A DNA stretch of 64,000 nt from an uncultured Armatimonadetes bacterium (GCA_963716175.1 OY970296.1:3008001-3072000); one strand, 5' to 3'. Numbered from the stretch's first letter, positions 9,857 through 21,117 are shown. The notes: generated by a model not told the origin, from the sequence alone. A program made the numbers and translations.

Positions 9857-12800
9857 CTAGCCGATCGGCAGTTCCTGGTCGCCCCGCCGACCCCTTCGCC
9901 GCCTGACCGGTTGCTTAGCAGCATGACCCAGGAGGTCCCATACAAGCTCGTCGATCCCGACACGCTCGGAGGTGAGGATGCGTCTGACCTCCGAACGCTG
10001 ACGTCCTATGTCGCCTTGCGTGATCTGCGGGGCCAGCGCGGCGACTGCTCGGTGGCATTCCTTGCTCAGCGTCGCGAGCCTTTCGTGGGTCGCGTTGGCC
10101 GCATCGTAGCGGGGAATAGGGAGCACCTCGAACGGGAGCCGTGTTATGTCACGTTCGCCCCATTGTCCACTTGTTTGGTACGGCTTTATCGCCTGGTTCA
10201 CAGCACTGGAGTTTAGCAGTGAGCAGAGGTAGTGCGCCTCATCTTCGTCCTTCGTCTCGTAGTAGTAGGTGACCATGTCCGCCGCAAATCCGTTCACGCG
10301 CAGTCCGCCAGCATCCAGCGCCCTGTTGGCGTTCACGACGCATGCCGTGAGGTGGGTGCCGGACTTGTTGTACAGAAGCTTATAGCGCCCCTTGAGAACC
10401 TGGCAGGTGAGGGTATGCTGGTAGTCGAGGCGATTGTAGATCGTCCTCTCCGTAGTCGTTTTCTTGTTGTCAGCCCAAGCGGCTTCTGTCTTCGCTAGCC
10501 ACTCGGCCAGGGCCGGGTACCCCGCGGAAAGGGCGGCCTCTCGAGTAAGGAGGCCCATGTTCGTGCCTCTCCTTATGGGCTGCAGCGGGAGGACGACCAG
10601 GTCCAAGGTGAGGTGACCGAACGGCAGCAGATGCTTCCCGAGGAGAGTCGCGTAGAGGAAATCCGCCTCCACCGGGCCCTCGAAGCGCATGTCCCTCCAG
10701 GGCGTCTTGGCGTCCTTCTGAATGTCTGGGGTGGTCTCCACGTATGGTCGTTCCGGGCTAACTGTTCCCCACTCGTCTCTAGCGGCCGGCCGAACAAACC
10801 AGAAGCAACGCGGGAATATCGAGGCGCCTGCCCTGAGCGAACTCCAGTAATGGCTTGCTGCCGTCTGTGGGAGGGGCGAGTAGCTCTCCTGATCCATTCG
10901 AAGGATCGGTCTAGCGAGATCCCATACCAGGTTCCTTGCTGGCAGGCTGCCGGTGGCCCTGAGCATCGGGATGTTGGCGGCAAGCGTCTTGCCTTTCGTC
11001 CGCACAAGCAGGCACGCGGGGACGTTGAACAGAGGGGCGATGCCCTCGAGGTCCACCCCGCGTGTGAAGCCGAGGCGCTGGAAGGTGAGGTGTTGTTTGG
11101 CGCCGGTCAGCGTGCTCTTGGGCATGACGAACGCGAGGGTACCTTTCGGGCCCACGTATCTTCCGAAGGAGAACTCGTAGAAAAGCGTAGAGGTGTCCAT
11201 CACCGTGAACAGCTTCACATCTGACTTATCGAGCAAGCCATGCCGGAAGACAAGCTTCTTGACCTGCGCCTGGTACCGGGCGTCCTGGATGTAACGGTAG
11301 GCCAGCCATGGTGGGTTTCCGACGACGAAGTTGAACCGCCTGTTGGAGAGGTAGATGGGGCGGTAGGCGTTGCGGAGGATGAAACCCCAGACAGTGTCCC
11401 GGTTCTGCCGAACAAGCCGGATCATCAGCTTGAGGTTATCCTGCCAGAGGGCAAGCCCCATGGAATCGCCATGGCGCCACTTCCTCGCCACGTACTCGCG
11501 GAATCCGGGTGTCAAGACTCGTTCGCCCTCGGGCCTGCGTGCGTAATCGCACATCGTGTCAATGACGTCGTCAAGAAGGATGGGCGACTTGGCCATGCTG
11601 GCTGGTATATGAAAGTACTGCTCGACTTCTTCTCTGCGGCGCCCAGTGAAGCGCTCCTCGGTACCGACAAGGATCCTGATGGGCGCGCTACCTTGGCGGC
11701 TCTCCTCCTGCAACAAAGCGTCCGCCATGTAGACGGGGATGGTGATGTTCCCCTTGTGCTGCTTCAGGTCGGGAGCAAGCGCGAGGGCGTAGTTGACCCG
11801 GGAAATCGTGACAGCGAGGGGATGGACGTCCACCCCCATGATGTTCCTCTGGGCGTAGGTCGCAAGAAGCGTGCCGCGCCTGCGAGCCCGCCGCGCTTGT
11901 CGAATAGCCACGAAGAGGAAAGTGCCCGATCCACAGGCGGGGTCCAAGACACTGCCCTTGCCTTTGTAGCCCGCCTCGGTTAAGGTCAGTTCGGCCAGCC
12001 AGTCAGGGGTGTAGAACTCGCCAAGGTCGTGTCGAGTCTCGGGGTCCACTAGACCCTGGTATAGCTCCTTGAGGAGGTCCTCGTTGATCTTGGCCGGGCT
12101 GTAGATGTACAGGTGTTGGAGCATGCCGTTGAGCAACTGGACGGCGTCGTTTCTCACGGCATCGCTCAGCACCCACGCGAAGAAGTCTTCTTCGGCAAGG
12201 TTGAGCAACCCGTTGCGCCGGAACACCTCGCCGTCAACGATCTCCGTGAGGGACCGAGCGCCTCGCGGATGGCGTTTGAACAGGGCCAGGTAGGCCAGCA
12301 CCTTGGCGAGGAGGGAGAGGTAGGTGTGCCGGATGAACAAGTCCTGAGTCCCAACCTCACGGCTGCCGTAGACCTTAGCCAAGAGGCTGTTCCATTCGGC
12401 GAACTTTACCTGGGTAGTCCCATCCTCCTTGAGGTGCTCCAACATGCCAAGCAGGCTGGCGGAGGCGGCTGAGAAGACGGCGCTGTCCGCGCCGAACCTC
12501 CTTAGAACATCGGCGGAGGTGGGCGCGAGGTTCTTTTGCGAGAATAGGAAACTGTCAAACCAGAGGAGAGCTGCGTCCGGAGCGTCAGCTTCGAGGCGCT
12601 GCAGATCAACAGGCTGCCCGACCGGCCGCAGGGTGTCTTCGTGCAGCGCGTATACCTCGAACGTGATTCCATCGGTGATGATGCCGAAGCCGTGTTTCGG
12701 CACCTGAGGTGATCTCAGGTACTTGCTGAGTTCACGCTTGCCTGTATCCCTCTCGGCCTCGAGATCACGCTTGAACTCGAAGACAAGATCGCGATAGAGC

Positions 12801-13000
12801 GCGTCGATCCTGCCACGCAGCTTAAGGGCCTCGACGCCCCTCTCGATGCTGATTTCTTCTGGCTCTATACCAAAGGCACGTTCGATGAACCCAAGGAACA
12901 GATGCCGACGGTAGTCGTGAGCCTGTCTATCCTTCCGCGCTCTTTCGGCGACTCGGACGTACTTCCCCAGTTCCTCAAAGAAGCGGTCGCGTCTCGCCAC
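9857..13000 (-). CDS. Type IIG restriction-modification enzyme (REase-MTase-TRD in one polypeptide)
   Basis: N-terminal PD-(D/E)xK-like IDALYRDLVFEFK; GEFYTPDWLA, DPACGSGTFL, VVGNPPW. Confidence 0.85.
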   Translation of the reverse strand: MARRDRFFEELGKYVRVAERARKDRQAHDYRRHLFLGFIERAFGIEPEEISIERGVEALKLRGRIDALYRDLVFEFKRDLEAERDTGKRELSKYLRSPQVPKHGFGIITDGITFEVYALHEDTLRPVGQPVDLQRLEADAPDAALLWFDSFLFSQKNLAPTSADVLRRFGADSAVFSAASASLLGMLEHLKEDGTTQVKFAEWNSLLAKVYGSREVGTQDLFIRHTYLSLLAKVLAYLALFKRHPRGARSLTEIVDGEVFRRNGLLNLAEEDFFAWVLSDAVRNDAVQLLNGMLQHLYIYSPAKINEDLLKELYQGLVDPETRHDLGEFYTPDWLAELTLTEAGYKGKGSVLDPACGSGTFLFVAIRQARRARRRGTLLATYAQRNIMGVDVHPLAVTISRVNYALALAPDLKQHKGNITIPVYMADALLQEESRQGSAPIRILVGTEERFTGRRREEVEQYFHIPASMAKSPILLDDVIDTMCDYARRPEGERVLTPGFREYVARKWRHGDSMGLALWQDNLKLMIRLVRQNRDTVWGFILRNAYRPIYLSNRRFNFVVGNPPWLAYRYIQDARYQAQVKKLVFRHGLLDKSDVKLFTVMDTSTLFYEFSFGRYVGPKGTLAFVMPKSTLTGAKQHLTFQRLGFTRGVDLEGIAPLFNVPACLLVRTKGKTLAANIPMLRATGSLPARNLVWDLARPILRMDQESYSPLPQTAASHYWSSLRAGASIFPRCFWFVRPAARDEWGTVSPERPYVETTPDIQKDAKTPWRDMRFEGPVEADFLYATLLGKHLLPFGHLTLDLVVLPLQPIRRGTNMGLLTREAALSAGYPALAEWLAKTEAAWADNKKTTTERTIYNRLDYQHTLTCQVLKGRYKLLYNKSGTHLTACVVNANRALDAGGLRVNGFAADMVTYYYETKDEDEAHYLCSLLNSSAVNQAIKPYQTSGQWGERDITRLPFEVLPIPRYDAANATHERLATLSKECHRAVAALAPQITQGDIGRQRSEVRRILTSERVGIDELVWDLLGHAAKQPVRRRRGRRGDQELPIG

Positions 13001-13702
13001 TGCGCTCCCCTCGTATGCGGAGGATACGTTGCGGTATTCACCATGGAAGGCGGTTTCGCCTGCCGCCCGTCCAGGGAATCGCCCCCTGTGCCCGGCCCAA
13101 TCCGTGGTTCGTTTGCGGAGTGAGGCGCATTAGTGGCCCCACCCCTGGCGGGCGTAGGGAGGATGGTAGGCCCGGGGTACGGTCGGGCCCAGTAACGCGC
13201 TCCGTGCGCCTGGGAACGGGTCTCGCCCCTTACGCGGGTTGCGGTTCTTACAGAAGCATCCACTTCCCCACTGACGAGCTACTTATCGAGATCGCTATCG
13301 GCATGGGCCACCAGCTGTTGGAGATCAGGTTCGTCCGATGCCGCGGCCGCAGCGCTCAGCAAATGGGCGACTATGGGCGGCAGCCATCGGGTGAGGCGTG
13401 TCTGCCCATCAGTCGCCGCCGGATCTTCATTGGGCTTGGGTTAGGTGGCGAGGTGGGCATGAGACTGGGGGAGGGAAGGCTCTTGCCCCTGATGCTGGCT
13501 GCCCGGGTTCCTTGGGCGCCAGAGTGGCACTGTGGGTCGCGATCACTCCTTCTGGGCCAACAAAGTCGCGGGCCGGGCGAAGGCATACCACATCACTCCG
13601 CCGACCGCTCTGGGCATTCGAGCGCTGCTGACTAGGGCATGGCGCGGGGCATTCCAGTCTGATGGCGGGGCTGTTCGTGAGGGCTAGGCCTCCGGGTACG
13701 CG

Positions 13703-15895
13703 TCAAGAGCGCCACTGGAGGTACGAGATGATGCCGGCGGCTACTGTGGCGATGCCCATGATCCAGAACCAGATTCGGACGAATCCCAACGGGAGGGCGA
13801 GCGCTAGCCCGCATGCAAGGGCTCCGCCCACCTCATAGAGGCTCTTCGCCCATCGTGGCCAGTGAACCCACGGAAGCAGCAGGTAGCCAATGAGAATACC
13901 ACACGATATGGCTAACCATCCTGCCCATTTGGCAACGCCGAGTGTCCTGGCCAGCCTAAGCTCCGCACTCCTGGCGCGGTCCGCCTCTTTCGTTTCGCCA
14001 CTCTGCGCTTCGGTGAGCATCGTCTCTAGACTCACCTTCTCCGTTGCCAGATCTTCCTGCATTGCCTCCGCTGCCTGCCTTCGCTGGCGCTCATGGGCCA
14101 ACTCGCCTTCGAGTTCCTGTAAGTGCAGATCTCTGACTCTCGTCTGCCCCTTGAGCCGGAGGTACTCCTGCTCCGCCAGTTCCTGGGCCCGTTTCGCGGC
14201 CCATGTCTGCTGCTGCAGTAGACTCAGAGAGCGCGCAATTGCTGCGTCTACCTGGTGATCACGCGCATCTTCAGACGCAGGCGCCCGAAGGCTAGCTGCG
14301 AGGCGCTCATCAACCATCGTGAGAACGGCGGCCTGTGCGGCGACCGCCTCATCTATTCCTGCTTCGATCGCATAGCGGTCGATGCGAGCACAGACGCGTT
14401 GCGCAGCCTCCGACGGAAGGCGAGCGATCGTCCCGATGAAGGGGCAAGCAACCAACTGGGCGAAAGCCCTATCGTAGTCGGCGGTCCTGGGGAGCGCCCA
14501 TCGCGTCATCTGCATGCAGTGGTCCGGATGGATACAGAATGGGATCTCGTTGCCGTCTTCTCGCCGTCGAATCCAATCATACCGTCTGAGTTTCCCGTCA
14601 CATGTTACGAACCATGCGCGAGCTCGCGCAAAGGATGTGGTGTCCCCGCGGAGTCTGAGGATGAGCAGTCGGTGGAATGCATCGTGGGTGATGATCTCGC
14701 CGTGCACGCCCGGGTCGCGTGCCGCCAGGAGCACAGCGCCTTCCTCCTGGGGAAGCGAAGGTGTGGCCATCGCGTCATCGTGCGGGTTATCGTCGACCAT
14801 TACGCCGAGTTGAGGAAGCAGCGCGTCGACGTTCCGAGCTCTGGCTGCAAACTCATCGACGCTGACCCCCGTACGCGCGTACTCGTCATAGTAGAGGCTG
14901 ACGAAGTCTTGCTCCGATGAGGCCCTGGCGGCAAGAGCGGCGAGTGTGCGTGACGCAATAGGATGCGCCCTGATCCGCTCAATGTTCGCCCGCAGCGATG
15001 TCCGCAACTCCTTGAGCGTTCTCTGCGAGACAAGGAGCTTGCCCCCAATCTGTCTGATAACATCTGCGAGCGTCCGGATCTGGAAGAAGTGCTGGGGGCC
15101 CTGCAGGTTGAGCAGACGGTACAGGACGTTCGTGTCAAGGTAGAAGAGGGTGCCCTGGAAAACGCCCCTGACGAGAGATGAGCACTTCGGATCAATGTGA
15201 GCAGTATGTACGATGCAGGCGTTGTCGAGTAAGCGGGTCAAGTAAAGGGCACGGTCACCTTCGGCGTCCAGCCAGAATGCCGTGAGTGTCTCGCGCCGCA
15301 TGCCCATCAGGTGCTGATCCACCGGCGGCAGGGAAGAGAAGATGCCTTCGATCGTTGGTGCCAGCTTCCCTTCGCTCGGCGGCGGCCCCGCGCCTAGCAG
15401 CGCCTGGGTCTGGGCACCGTAGCGGAGTAGCACTTGCCGGTTGAACGCCTGCTGGTCAGTGAGGAGTCGAGACAGTTCCTGGTCAGTGAGCGACGGGTAC
15501 TGCTCCTGCAGGTGGATGTGCCAGGCATCCATGACACGTCCCTCGAGTCGGTCCGCTTCTTCGATTGCCTGCTCGAGAGCACGTCGGTGCTCGGGGGTCA
15601 GGTTGTACTTCGGATCTCGGCGCCCTGAGTGGCTAATGCGCCGTCCTCGCCGCTTGCTGACTGACCTCAGAACGTGGCGGATCTCTGCAGGCTCAAATCG
15701 CAGTCCGAAGTCCGCCTCGATCGCCGAAGAGATCTCGCTTGGGCTGTAGGACTCATCGCTAGGGAGGCTCCAGAGAGCCCTCTCCACGAACCCCATTGTG
15801 ATCTGGTCAGCAAGTGGTGTTCCGGGCTCGAACGCCCCGATGTGGAGAAGCCTGCGAATAGCTTCATAGCGAGCAGGTCCGCCTAAGGCTGTCAT
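13703..15895 (-). CDS. Hypothetical protein: PIN-like domain, coiled coil and C-terminal TM helices
   Basis: FYLDTNVLY, HDAFH, WFVTCD acidic motifs typical of the PIN fold; E/Q/R-rich coiled coil; 2-3 hydrophobic helices at the C-terminus. Confidence 0.6.
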   Translation of the reverse strand: MTALGGPARYEAIRRLLHIGAFEPGTPLADQITMGFVERALWSLPSDESYSPSEISSAIEADFGLRFEPAEIRHVLRSVSKRRGRRISHSGRRDPKYNLTPEHRRALEQAIEEADRLEGRVMDAWHIHLQEQYPSLTDQELSRLLTDQQAFNRQVLLRYGAQTQALLGAGPPPSEGKLAPTIEGIFSSLPPVDQHLMGMRRETLTAFWLDAEGDRALYLTRLLDNACIVHTAHIDPKCSSLVRGVFQGTLFYLDTNVLYRLLNLQGPQHFFQIRTLADVIRQIGGKLLVSQRTLKELRTSLRANIERIRAHPIASRTLAALAARASSEQDFVSLYYDEYARTGVSVDEFAARARNVDALLPQLGVMVDDNPHDDAMATPSLPQEEGAVLLAARDPGVHGEIITHDAFHRLLILRLRGDTTSFARARAWFVTCDGKLRRYDWIRRREDGNEIPFCIHPDHCMQMTRWALPRTADYDRAFAQLVACPFIGTIARLPSEAAQRVCARIDRYAIEAGIDEAVAAQAAVLTMVDERLAASLRAPASEDARDHQVDAAIARSLSLLQQQTWAAKRAQELAEQEYLRLKGQTRVRDLHLQELEGELAHERQRRQAAEAMQEDLATEKVSLETMLTEAQSGETKEADRARSAELRLARTLGVAKWAGWLAISCGILIGYLLLPWVHWPRWAKSLYEVGGALACGLALALPLGFVRIWFWIMGIATVAAGIISYLQWRS

Positions 15896-16228
15896 CCAGG
15901 ATCCCTCTTCCCGGGCTGAGTCTGTTGTGCAGTGACAGCTTCGGCATCGCGCTGGACGGAACCGCGCTATACCGTGCGGTGCCTGAATAGGGCCATCTAC
16001 CTTAATACGCTATTCGACGGCAGCACCGGTCCTTCCTTCACTCCTGGCCTTGTTGACCAGAGGTCCGGGAGGACATCTGCTCATCCCTGCACGGCGAGGT
16101 GCAATACCCGCCCGGCATTGCGTGGAGCGTCGCGGGCCCAGGCGGCACATAAGCGCCGTTCTGTCCCAAGCGCTGCCGCAGTACGTTCGTGTATCGACGC
16201 CGGGCCAGTTCTCGCTACCGGCTGCCAC

Positions 16229-16690
16229 TTAGGATGCCGGTTCCCCGCCGCCCGTGCGGATGTAGGTGCGCATTGCCTCTATCTCCGCGCTGAAGCCCCA
16301 TTCTGCCGCCATACGATCCGCCTCCTGCTCGCACGACTCATCGTCGATCCTGTGGTTGCACACGACGTGGGCGAACTCGTGGGCCACGATCCCCACTCTC
16401 ATCTCCTCCGAATAGCAGGGGAGGCGCGGGTCAAGCCAGATCGCGCGGCTCAGCGCGGCCGGACGTTCCAGTACCTTCGTGCAACTCCGGCCGGGGCAGG
16501 AGACCCATGATACGAGGCAGGTGTCGATCAGCTTATGCGCCTCATCCCTTGGCATCTTGCTGAGGACCTTCACGCACGCTCTGCACACCGACTCGTATTC
16601 CTGTGTGTACTGCGCCGACTGGGTCACGGGGCTGGTGCCGTCCGAGACATACACCCGCGGCGGGTACAGCGTGAACATGGAGAACTGCAT
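16229..16690 (-). CDS. Small zinc metallopeptidase (ImmA/IrrE-like)
   Basis: VAHEFAH plus downstream EQEAD; AGGAG RBS before ATG 16690. Confidence 0.6.
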   Translation of the reverse strand: MQFSMFTLYPPRVYVSDGTSPVTQSAQYTQEYESVCRACVKVLSKMPRDEAHKLIDTCLVSWVSCPGRSCTKVLERPAALSRAIWLDPRLPCYSEEMRVGIVAHEFAHVVCNHRIDDESCEQEADRMAAEWGFSAEIEAMRTYIRTGGGEPAS

Positions 16691-17097
16691 TACCACTCCT
16701 ATTGGCCGTGAAGCAGCGGGGCCACCCGGAGGTCCCCCCTCATGTGCGGTTCCTTCGCATGCCCGACGCCCCTGAGCCTGAGACCCCAGGGCGAGAAGTC
16801 GCGATCTGGCCTCCGGGCATCCCACTCACACGCCGGTGGTGAAGACCCTCTCGAAGTTCCCTGCAAGAGTCATCCGAACCTCCCCCGGCGCTATCTGCTA
16901 CCCGACGATTTGAGTATCTGGGAAGACGCGACGGTTGATGCTCGGCCATCTTCAGTGACGCCGCTCGCCATCTCGGCCTTGGGTGGGCCGCTTTGTGGGT
17001 GGTGACCGGCGGTACAATCGGCTTCGGGCGGCTCAGGAGTGCCGCTATGGGCCTAGCGCTGTCGGTCTTGCGCTCAGGTTGCCGGTAGTCGTATCAG

Positions 17098-20000
17098 CTA
17101 CATCGGCAACTGAAACGCCCTCGCGATGTACACCGCCATCTGGTCGCGGGTGACGGGGTCGGCCGGTTTGTAGGTGCCATCCTCATACCCCTTCACCACG
17201 TTGTGGTCCACGCAGGCCTTGATCGCTACACCTGACCAGTAGCCGGCCGGCACATCCGGGAAGAGCTGCGGGGCGGTGTTGAGGGCGTCGCTGAGCGTGA
17301 CCCATCCCTTGGCGCGGGCGATGAACACCGCCATCTGGCCCCGGTCCACCACCAGCGTGGGCTGGTAGTGAGTGGCGTCATAGCCCTGCACCACACCCTG
17401 GGCCACCGCATACTCGACGTACTTGTAGGCCCACTGATCAGTGGGGACGTCATCGGGGAAGCTGGCGGTGGCCGGACCTGTGGGCACGTTGGCATCGCCC
17501 CCGGCTAGAGCGCGGCTTACGTAAACCGCCATCTGGTCGCGACTGACCGGCTCGGTGGGCTTGTAAGTGCCATCGGAGTAGCCCTGCACGATGCCGGCGT
17601 CAACCAGCGAAGCAATAGCCGATTCGGCCCAGAAACCGGCTGGGACGTCAGTGAACTGGGGTGGGAGCACAAGGTCAACTGTGGTGGTCTGCCCCGCGGT
17701 AATCACCACACCGGTCTGAGTGGCAGCGCCGTGCCCATGCGCAGTCGCCTTGACGGTCGTCCCCGTGGTCTCGGCGACGTCAATGGTGAAGGTCCCATTG
17801 GCATCGGCCGCGGTGTATAGATTCCCGCCGATCCAGATATCGGCGTAAGGAATGGGACCGCCGGTGGTAGCATCGGTCACAGCACCACTGACGGTGCCGA
17901 AGCTGCGTATGTGAGGCTCCCACATGCGGATAGCCCCCACGGAATCGCTTCCCGCCTGACTGGCAGTGACTACGAAACGCCCGTTGGCGCTCATGTCAGG
18001 AGGATCCCCACCTATTCCCCCTTCGACGAAGGCGTTATAGAGCACGACGCTCCCGATGCCCGTACGGTCTCGGACCACGATGTACCCGGTCCCGCCTCCA
18101 TACGTCCCTGGCACTACGTAGTAAAACGCGACCATCTGGCCATCCGCGCTCACCGCGACCGGGTAGGACGGATGGTACAGGCTGTATGGGGTTGCCGGCG
18201 CGTCGCCGGGCATCAGGCTGGCGAACTCCGTGGTCCCGGCCACCCGGTCACGCAGGTAGACATTACCATGACCGATGGGGCTGAAGTACGTATTGTAGAT
18301 GGGGACCAGATCATTGGCGTCAGAGCAAAAGGCCACGAAACGACCATCATGGCTCATCATCGCCACGCCGGACCAGTTGTCAGGCGCGACGATTTGCTGC
18401 GAACCGTCCTCGGCGAGGCTTACGCGTTCAGTTGTCGCTGTGGTCAGGTCGTGGAGGAAGGTGTCGATGATCCCGTTGGTGTCCCCTGCTACCAGGTTCG
18501 TCGCGGCCGATGAGAAGGCTACATAGCGGCCGTCGGCACTGATGCAGGGATCCGTTGATGGGCCGTCGGCCTGGGCCCCGTTGCTGGCCACGCTGACGCG
18601 CACTGTGCGTTTGGTCAGGAGATTGTGCACGAACACATCCGTCTGCCCGTTGGTGTCGTCCGGGACCAGGTTCGTGGCATCAGAACTGAAGCAGACATAG
18701 CGGCCGTTGGCGCTGATCGTGCCGTGGGCAATGCTATCCGCCGGCGTGCCGTCACTGGCAGCGCTGGCCAAGGTTAGGCTGGACGTCTCGCGGTCGTACA
18801 CGTAGGTCTGCCAGACTCCGGGCGGCACGTCAGGAGGCAGGACCACCGGTGAGTACGCCACATACCGCCCGTTAGCGCTGACTGAGGCGGCGGAGCCGCC
18901 GATGGCCTGAGAACCGTCCTCCGTCTTGCTGATCAGTTCGATCTGCCCAGTCGATCGGTCCAGGAGGAAGACGTTTCCCGTCTGCCCCGGTGGCAGCGGG
19001 ACCAAGTCTGTGGCGCTGGAGGCGAAGACAACATAGCGCCCGTCCGGGGTGATCACGGGGCTGTAGGAGTTCCCGTTCGGGAAAGTATTCCCGCTCATGG
19101 AGTGCACGATGATCTCCGGGTGCACGGCCCAATCCGATATAGTCCAGGGCTGCAGCGGGAAGTCAATCCCTGAGGTCGTCTGCTGATCCACGACCTCGAC
19201 GTTCGAGACTTCACCAGCGTCATAGCCTCGCATCACGGCGGTGATGGTCCAGGTCCCCGGCCAGGCGGCAAGGGCATACGTGCCGTCAGCGGCACTTATG
19301 GTCTCACCCTGGCCGCCATAGACGGTAACGCCCCCGAGCGGCTGAAGGGTGACGGCATCTCGGACGGTTCCCGTGACCGTGCCCCTGGCGATCTGGAGTG
19401 CGAAATCCACTGTCGTGGCTGCGCCCGACACCACCACGACGCTGTCCATCGTCAATGATCCGAAACCGGCGCCGCTGGCAGTCACGGAGTAGGTGCCTTC
19501 CGGCACGACCGGCAGCAGATAGCCTCCGCTGCCATCTGTGATCGCCCTCAGGTAGCTATAGGTGACTGACCCGCCAATGACGGGGTTGCCGCTGCCGGCG
19601 TCAGTGACTGTCCCTTGGATCAAGCCGATGCCCTGCGCGACATCGCGCACCTCAATCTGCTGGTTGGCGGCCACCCCGTTCTCGGTGACGATGTGATGGT
19701 TGGGGAAGACCACTTGCACCGCCACCGTAGTGGCGGTGCCGAGGCCGAACTGGCCTATGGGCTCATTCTGGCCCATGAACCCCGACCCCCCGTCAACCAT
19801 GCGCGTGAGGGTACGACCCGGGGGGAAGGAGAGGTCGTTGTCCAGATTCACCAGGATGCGGGCACCCAGCGCGTCCCGCACCGGACTGCCGTCGGTGGCG
19901 TCGCCGGTGGCGCTGGTGAGGGCGCGCACCCGCAGCCAGTGCCCATCGCCAGGCGAACCGAGGTTGTGGTAGAGCAGGGATGTGTCGCTGTCGGAGGCGC

Positions 20001-21117
20001 CGAGGAGATCCATGCTGCCGTCCCGGTCGAAGTCGGCCCAGCAGATAGCCGTGTAGTTCCGACCCGCGCTCACTCCCTCTGCGAGGCTCAGGTCCGTGAA
20101 CGTGCCGTCTCCATTGTTGTGAAAGAGGAAGGGCGCGATGCTGCCGCTGGCGGGACCGACGATGAGATCCAGAAATCCGTCGTTGTCGTAGTCGGCCCAG
20201 GCGGTGCCGCGCGTGGGCATGCTGACTGCTGACATCCCTACGAGGTCCAGCACAGAATCGAAGTGGCCGCCGGTGTTCATGCAGAAGACCGATTCCTCCG
20301 TCCGTCCATTGCCGATGAAAACGTCCAGCCAGCCGTCATTGTTGTAGTCTCCCCAGGCGACGCCGGTGCTGTCGTGTCCGGGGAAGCTGCCCGAGGAGAA
20401 CGTACCGTCTCCCTTGTTCGTGAAGAGATAGGCGTTCGTCTGCTTGGCTGGATCGAAGATGCTTCTCTGCCGCGTCATCGCCACATCCAAGAAGCCGTCA
20501 TTGTTGTAGTCGGCCCAAGCGCACCCCATGCCGTCCATGGGACTGCCCATCCCCGCCGCAGCCGTGACGTTCGAGAATGTGCCATCGCGGTTGTTGTGAT
20601 ACAGGACAGAGGGGCCGTAGTCGTTGTAGGAAACGAAGAGGTCGAGCCAGTTGTCCCCGTCGAAGTCGCCCCAGCTCGCCCCTCGACCGAAGAAGGCGCC
20701 GGTCATCGGTGCGAAACCAGCGGTTGCTCCCACATCCGTGAAATGGTCGCCGTCATTCCGGTACAGGTGCGGAGTGTGGGAGCCGCCGATGATGATGAGA
20801 TCCAGCCTGCCATCGTTGTTGTAGTCACCCCAGGCGCATCCCCATTCGTCATATGAGACCGTGTCAAGTCCCTTGGCAGCGGTGACGTCCGTGAAGGTCC
20901 CATTGCCGTTATTGTGCAGCAGCACACATGGGCCGGTCCCGCCGATATAGAGGTCAGGGTAGCCGTCGTTGTCATAGTCGCCCCAGGCCGCGCCCATGGC
21001 CGCCGGAATGTTCAGAGTGGTACCTAGGTCGGCAAAACGACCGGCGGACGCGCGACCCGAAAGGAGAAGACCGCCCAACAGCAGCACAACGGAGAGCCCC
21101 AGAGTCCGAGATGCCAT
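17098..21117 (-). CDS. Secreted FG-GAP/ASPIC-UnbV protein with carboxypeptidase-regulatory-like repeats, TolB-like propeller and SLH domains
   Basis: Signal peptide; repeated WGDYDNDG; GTVTDA..G.P repeats; ISADGRYVAF repeats; C-terminal GYxDGTYKP..VTRDQMA SLH motifs. Confidence 0.85.
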   Translation of the reverse strand: MASRTLGLSVVLLLGGLLLSGRASAGRFADLGTTLNIPAAMGAAWGDYDNDGYPDLYIGGTGPCVLLHNNGNGTFTDVTAAKGLDTVSYDEWGCAWGDYNNDGRLDLIIIGGSHTPHLYRNDGDHFTDVGATAGFAPMTGAFFGRGASWGDFDGDNWLDLFVSYNDYGPSVLYHNNRDGTFSNVTAAAGMGSPMDGMGCAWADYNNDGFLDVAMTRQRSIFDPAKQTNAYLFTNKGDGTFSSGSFPGHDSTGVAWGDYNNDGWLDVFIGNGRTEESVFCMNTGGHFDSVLDLVGMSAVSMPTRGTAWADYDNDGFLDLIVGPASGSIAPFLFHNNGDGTFTDLSLAEGVSAGRNYTAICWADFDRDGSMDLLGASDSDTSLLYHNLGSPGDGHWLRVRALTSATGDATDGSPVRDALGARILVNLDNDLSFPPGRTLTRMVDGGSGFMGQNEPIGQFGLGTATTVAVQVVFPNHHIVTENGVAANQQIEVRDVAQGIGLIQGTVTDAGSGNPVIGGSVTYSYLRAITDGSGGYLLPVVPEGTYSVTASGAGFGSLTMDSVVVVSGAATTVDFALQIARGTVTGTVRDAVTLQPLGGVTVYGGQGETISAADGTYALAAWPGTWTITAVMRGYDAGEVSNVEVVDQQTTSGIDFPLQPWTISDWAVHPEIIVHSMSGNTFPNGNSYSPVITPDGRYVVFASSATDLVPLPPGQTGNVFLLDRSTGQIELISKTEDGSQAIGGSAASVSANGRYVAYSPVVLPPDVPPGVWQTYVYDRETSSLTLASAASDGTPADSIAHGTISANGRYVCFSSDATNLVPDDTNGQTDVFVHNLLTKRTVRVSVASNGAQADGPSTDPCISADGRYVAFSSAATNLVAGDTNGIIDTFLHDLTTATTERVSLAEDGSQQIVAPDNWSGVAMMSHDGRFVAFCSDANDLVPIYNTYFSPIGHGNVYLRDRVAGTTEFASLMPGDAPATPYSLYHPSYPVAVSADGQMVAFYYVVPGTYGGGTGYIVVRDRTGIGSVVLYNAFVEGGIGGDPPDMSANGRFVVTASQAGSDSVGAIRMWEPHIRSFGTVSGAVTDATTGGPIPYADIWIGGNLYTAADANGTFTIDVAETTGTTVKATAHGHGAATQTGVVITAGQTTTVDLVLPPQFTDVPAGFWAESAIASLVDAGIVQGYSDGTYKPTEPVSRDQMAVYVSRALAGGDANVPTGPATASFPDDVPTDQWAYKYVEYAVAQGVVQGYDATHYQPTLVVDRGQMAVFIARAKGWVTLSDALNTAPQLFPDVPAGYWSGVAIKACVDHNVVKGYEDGTYKPADPVTRDQMAVYIARAFQLPM

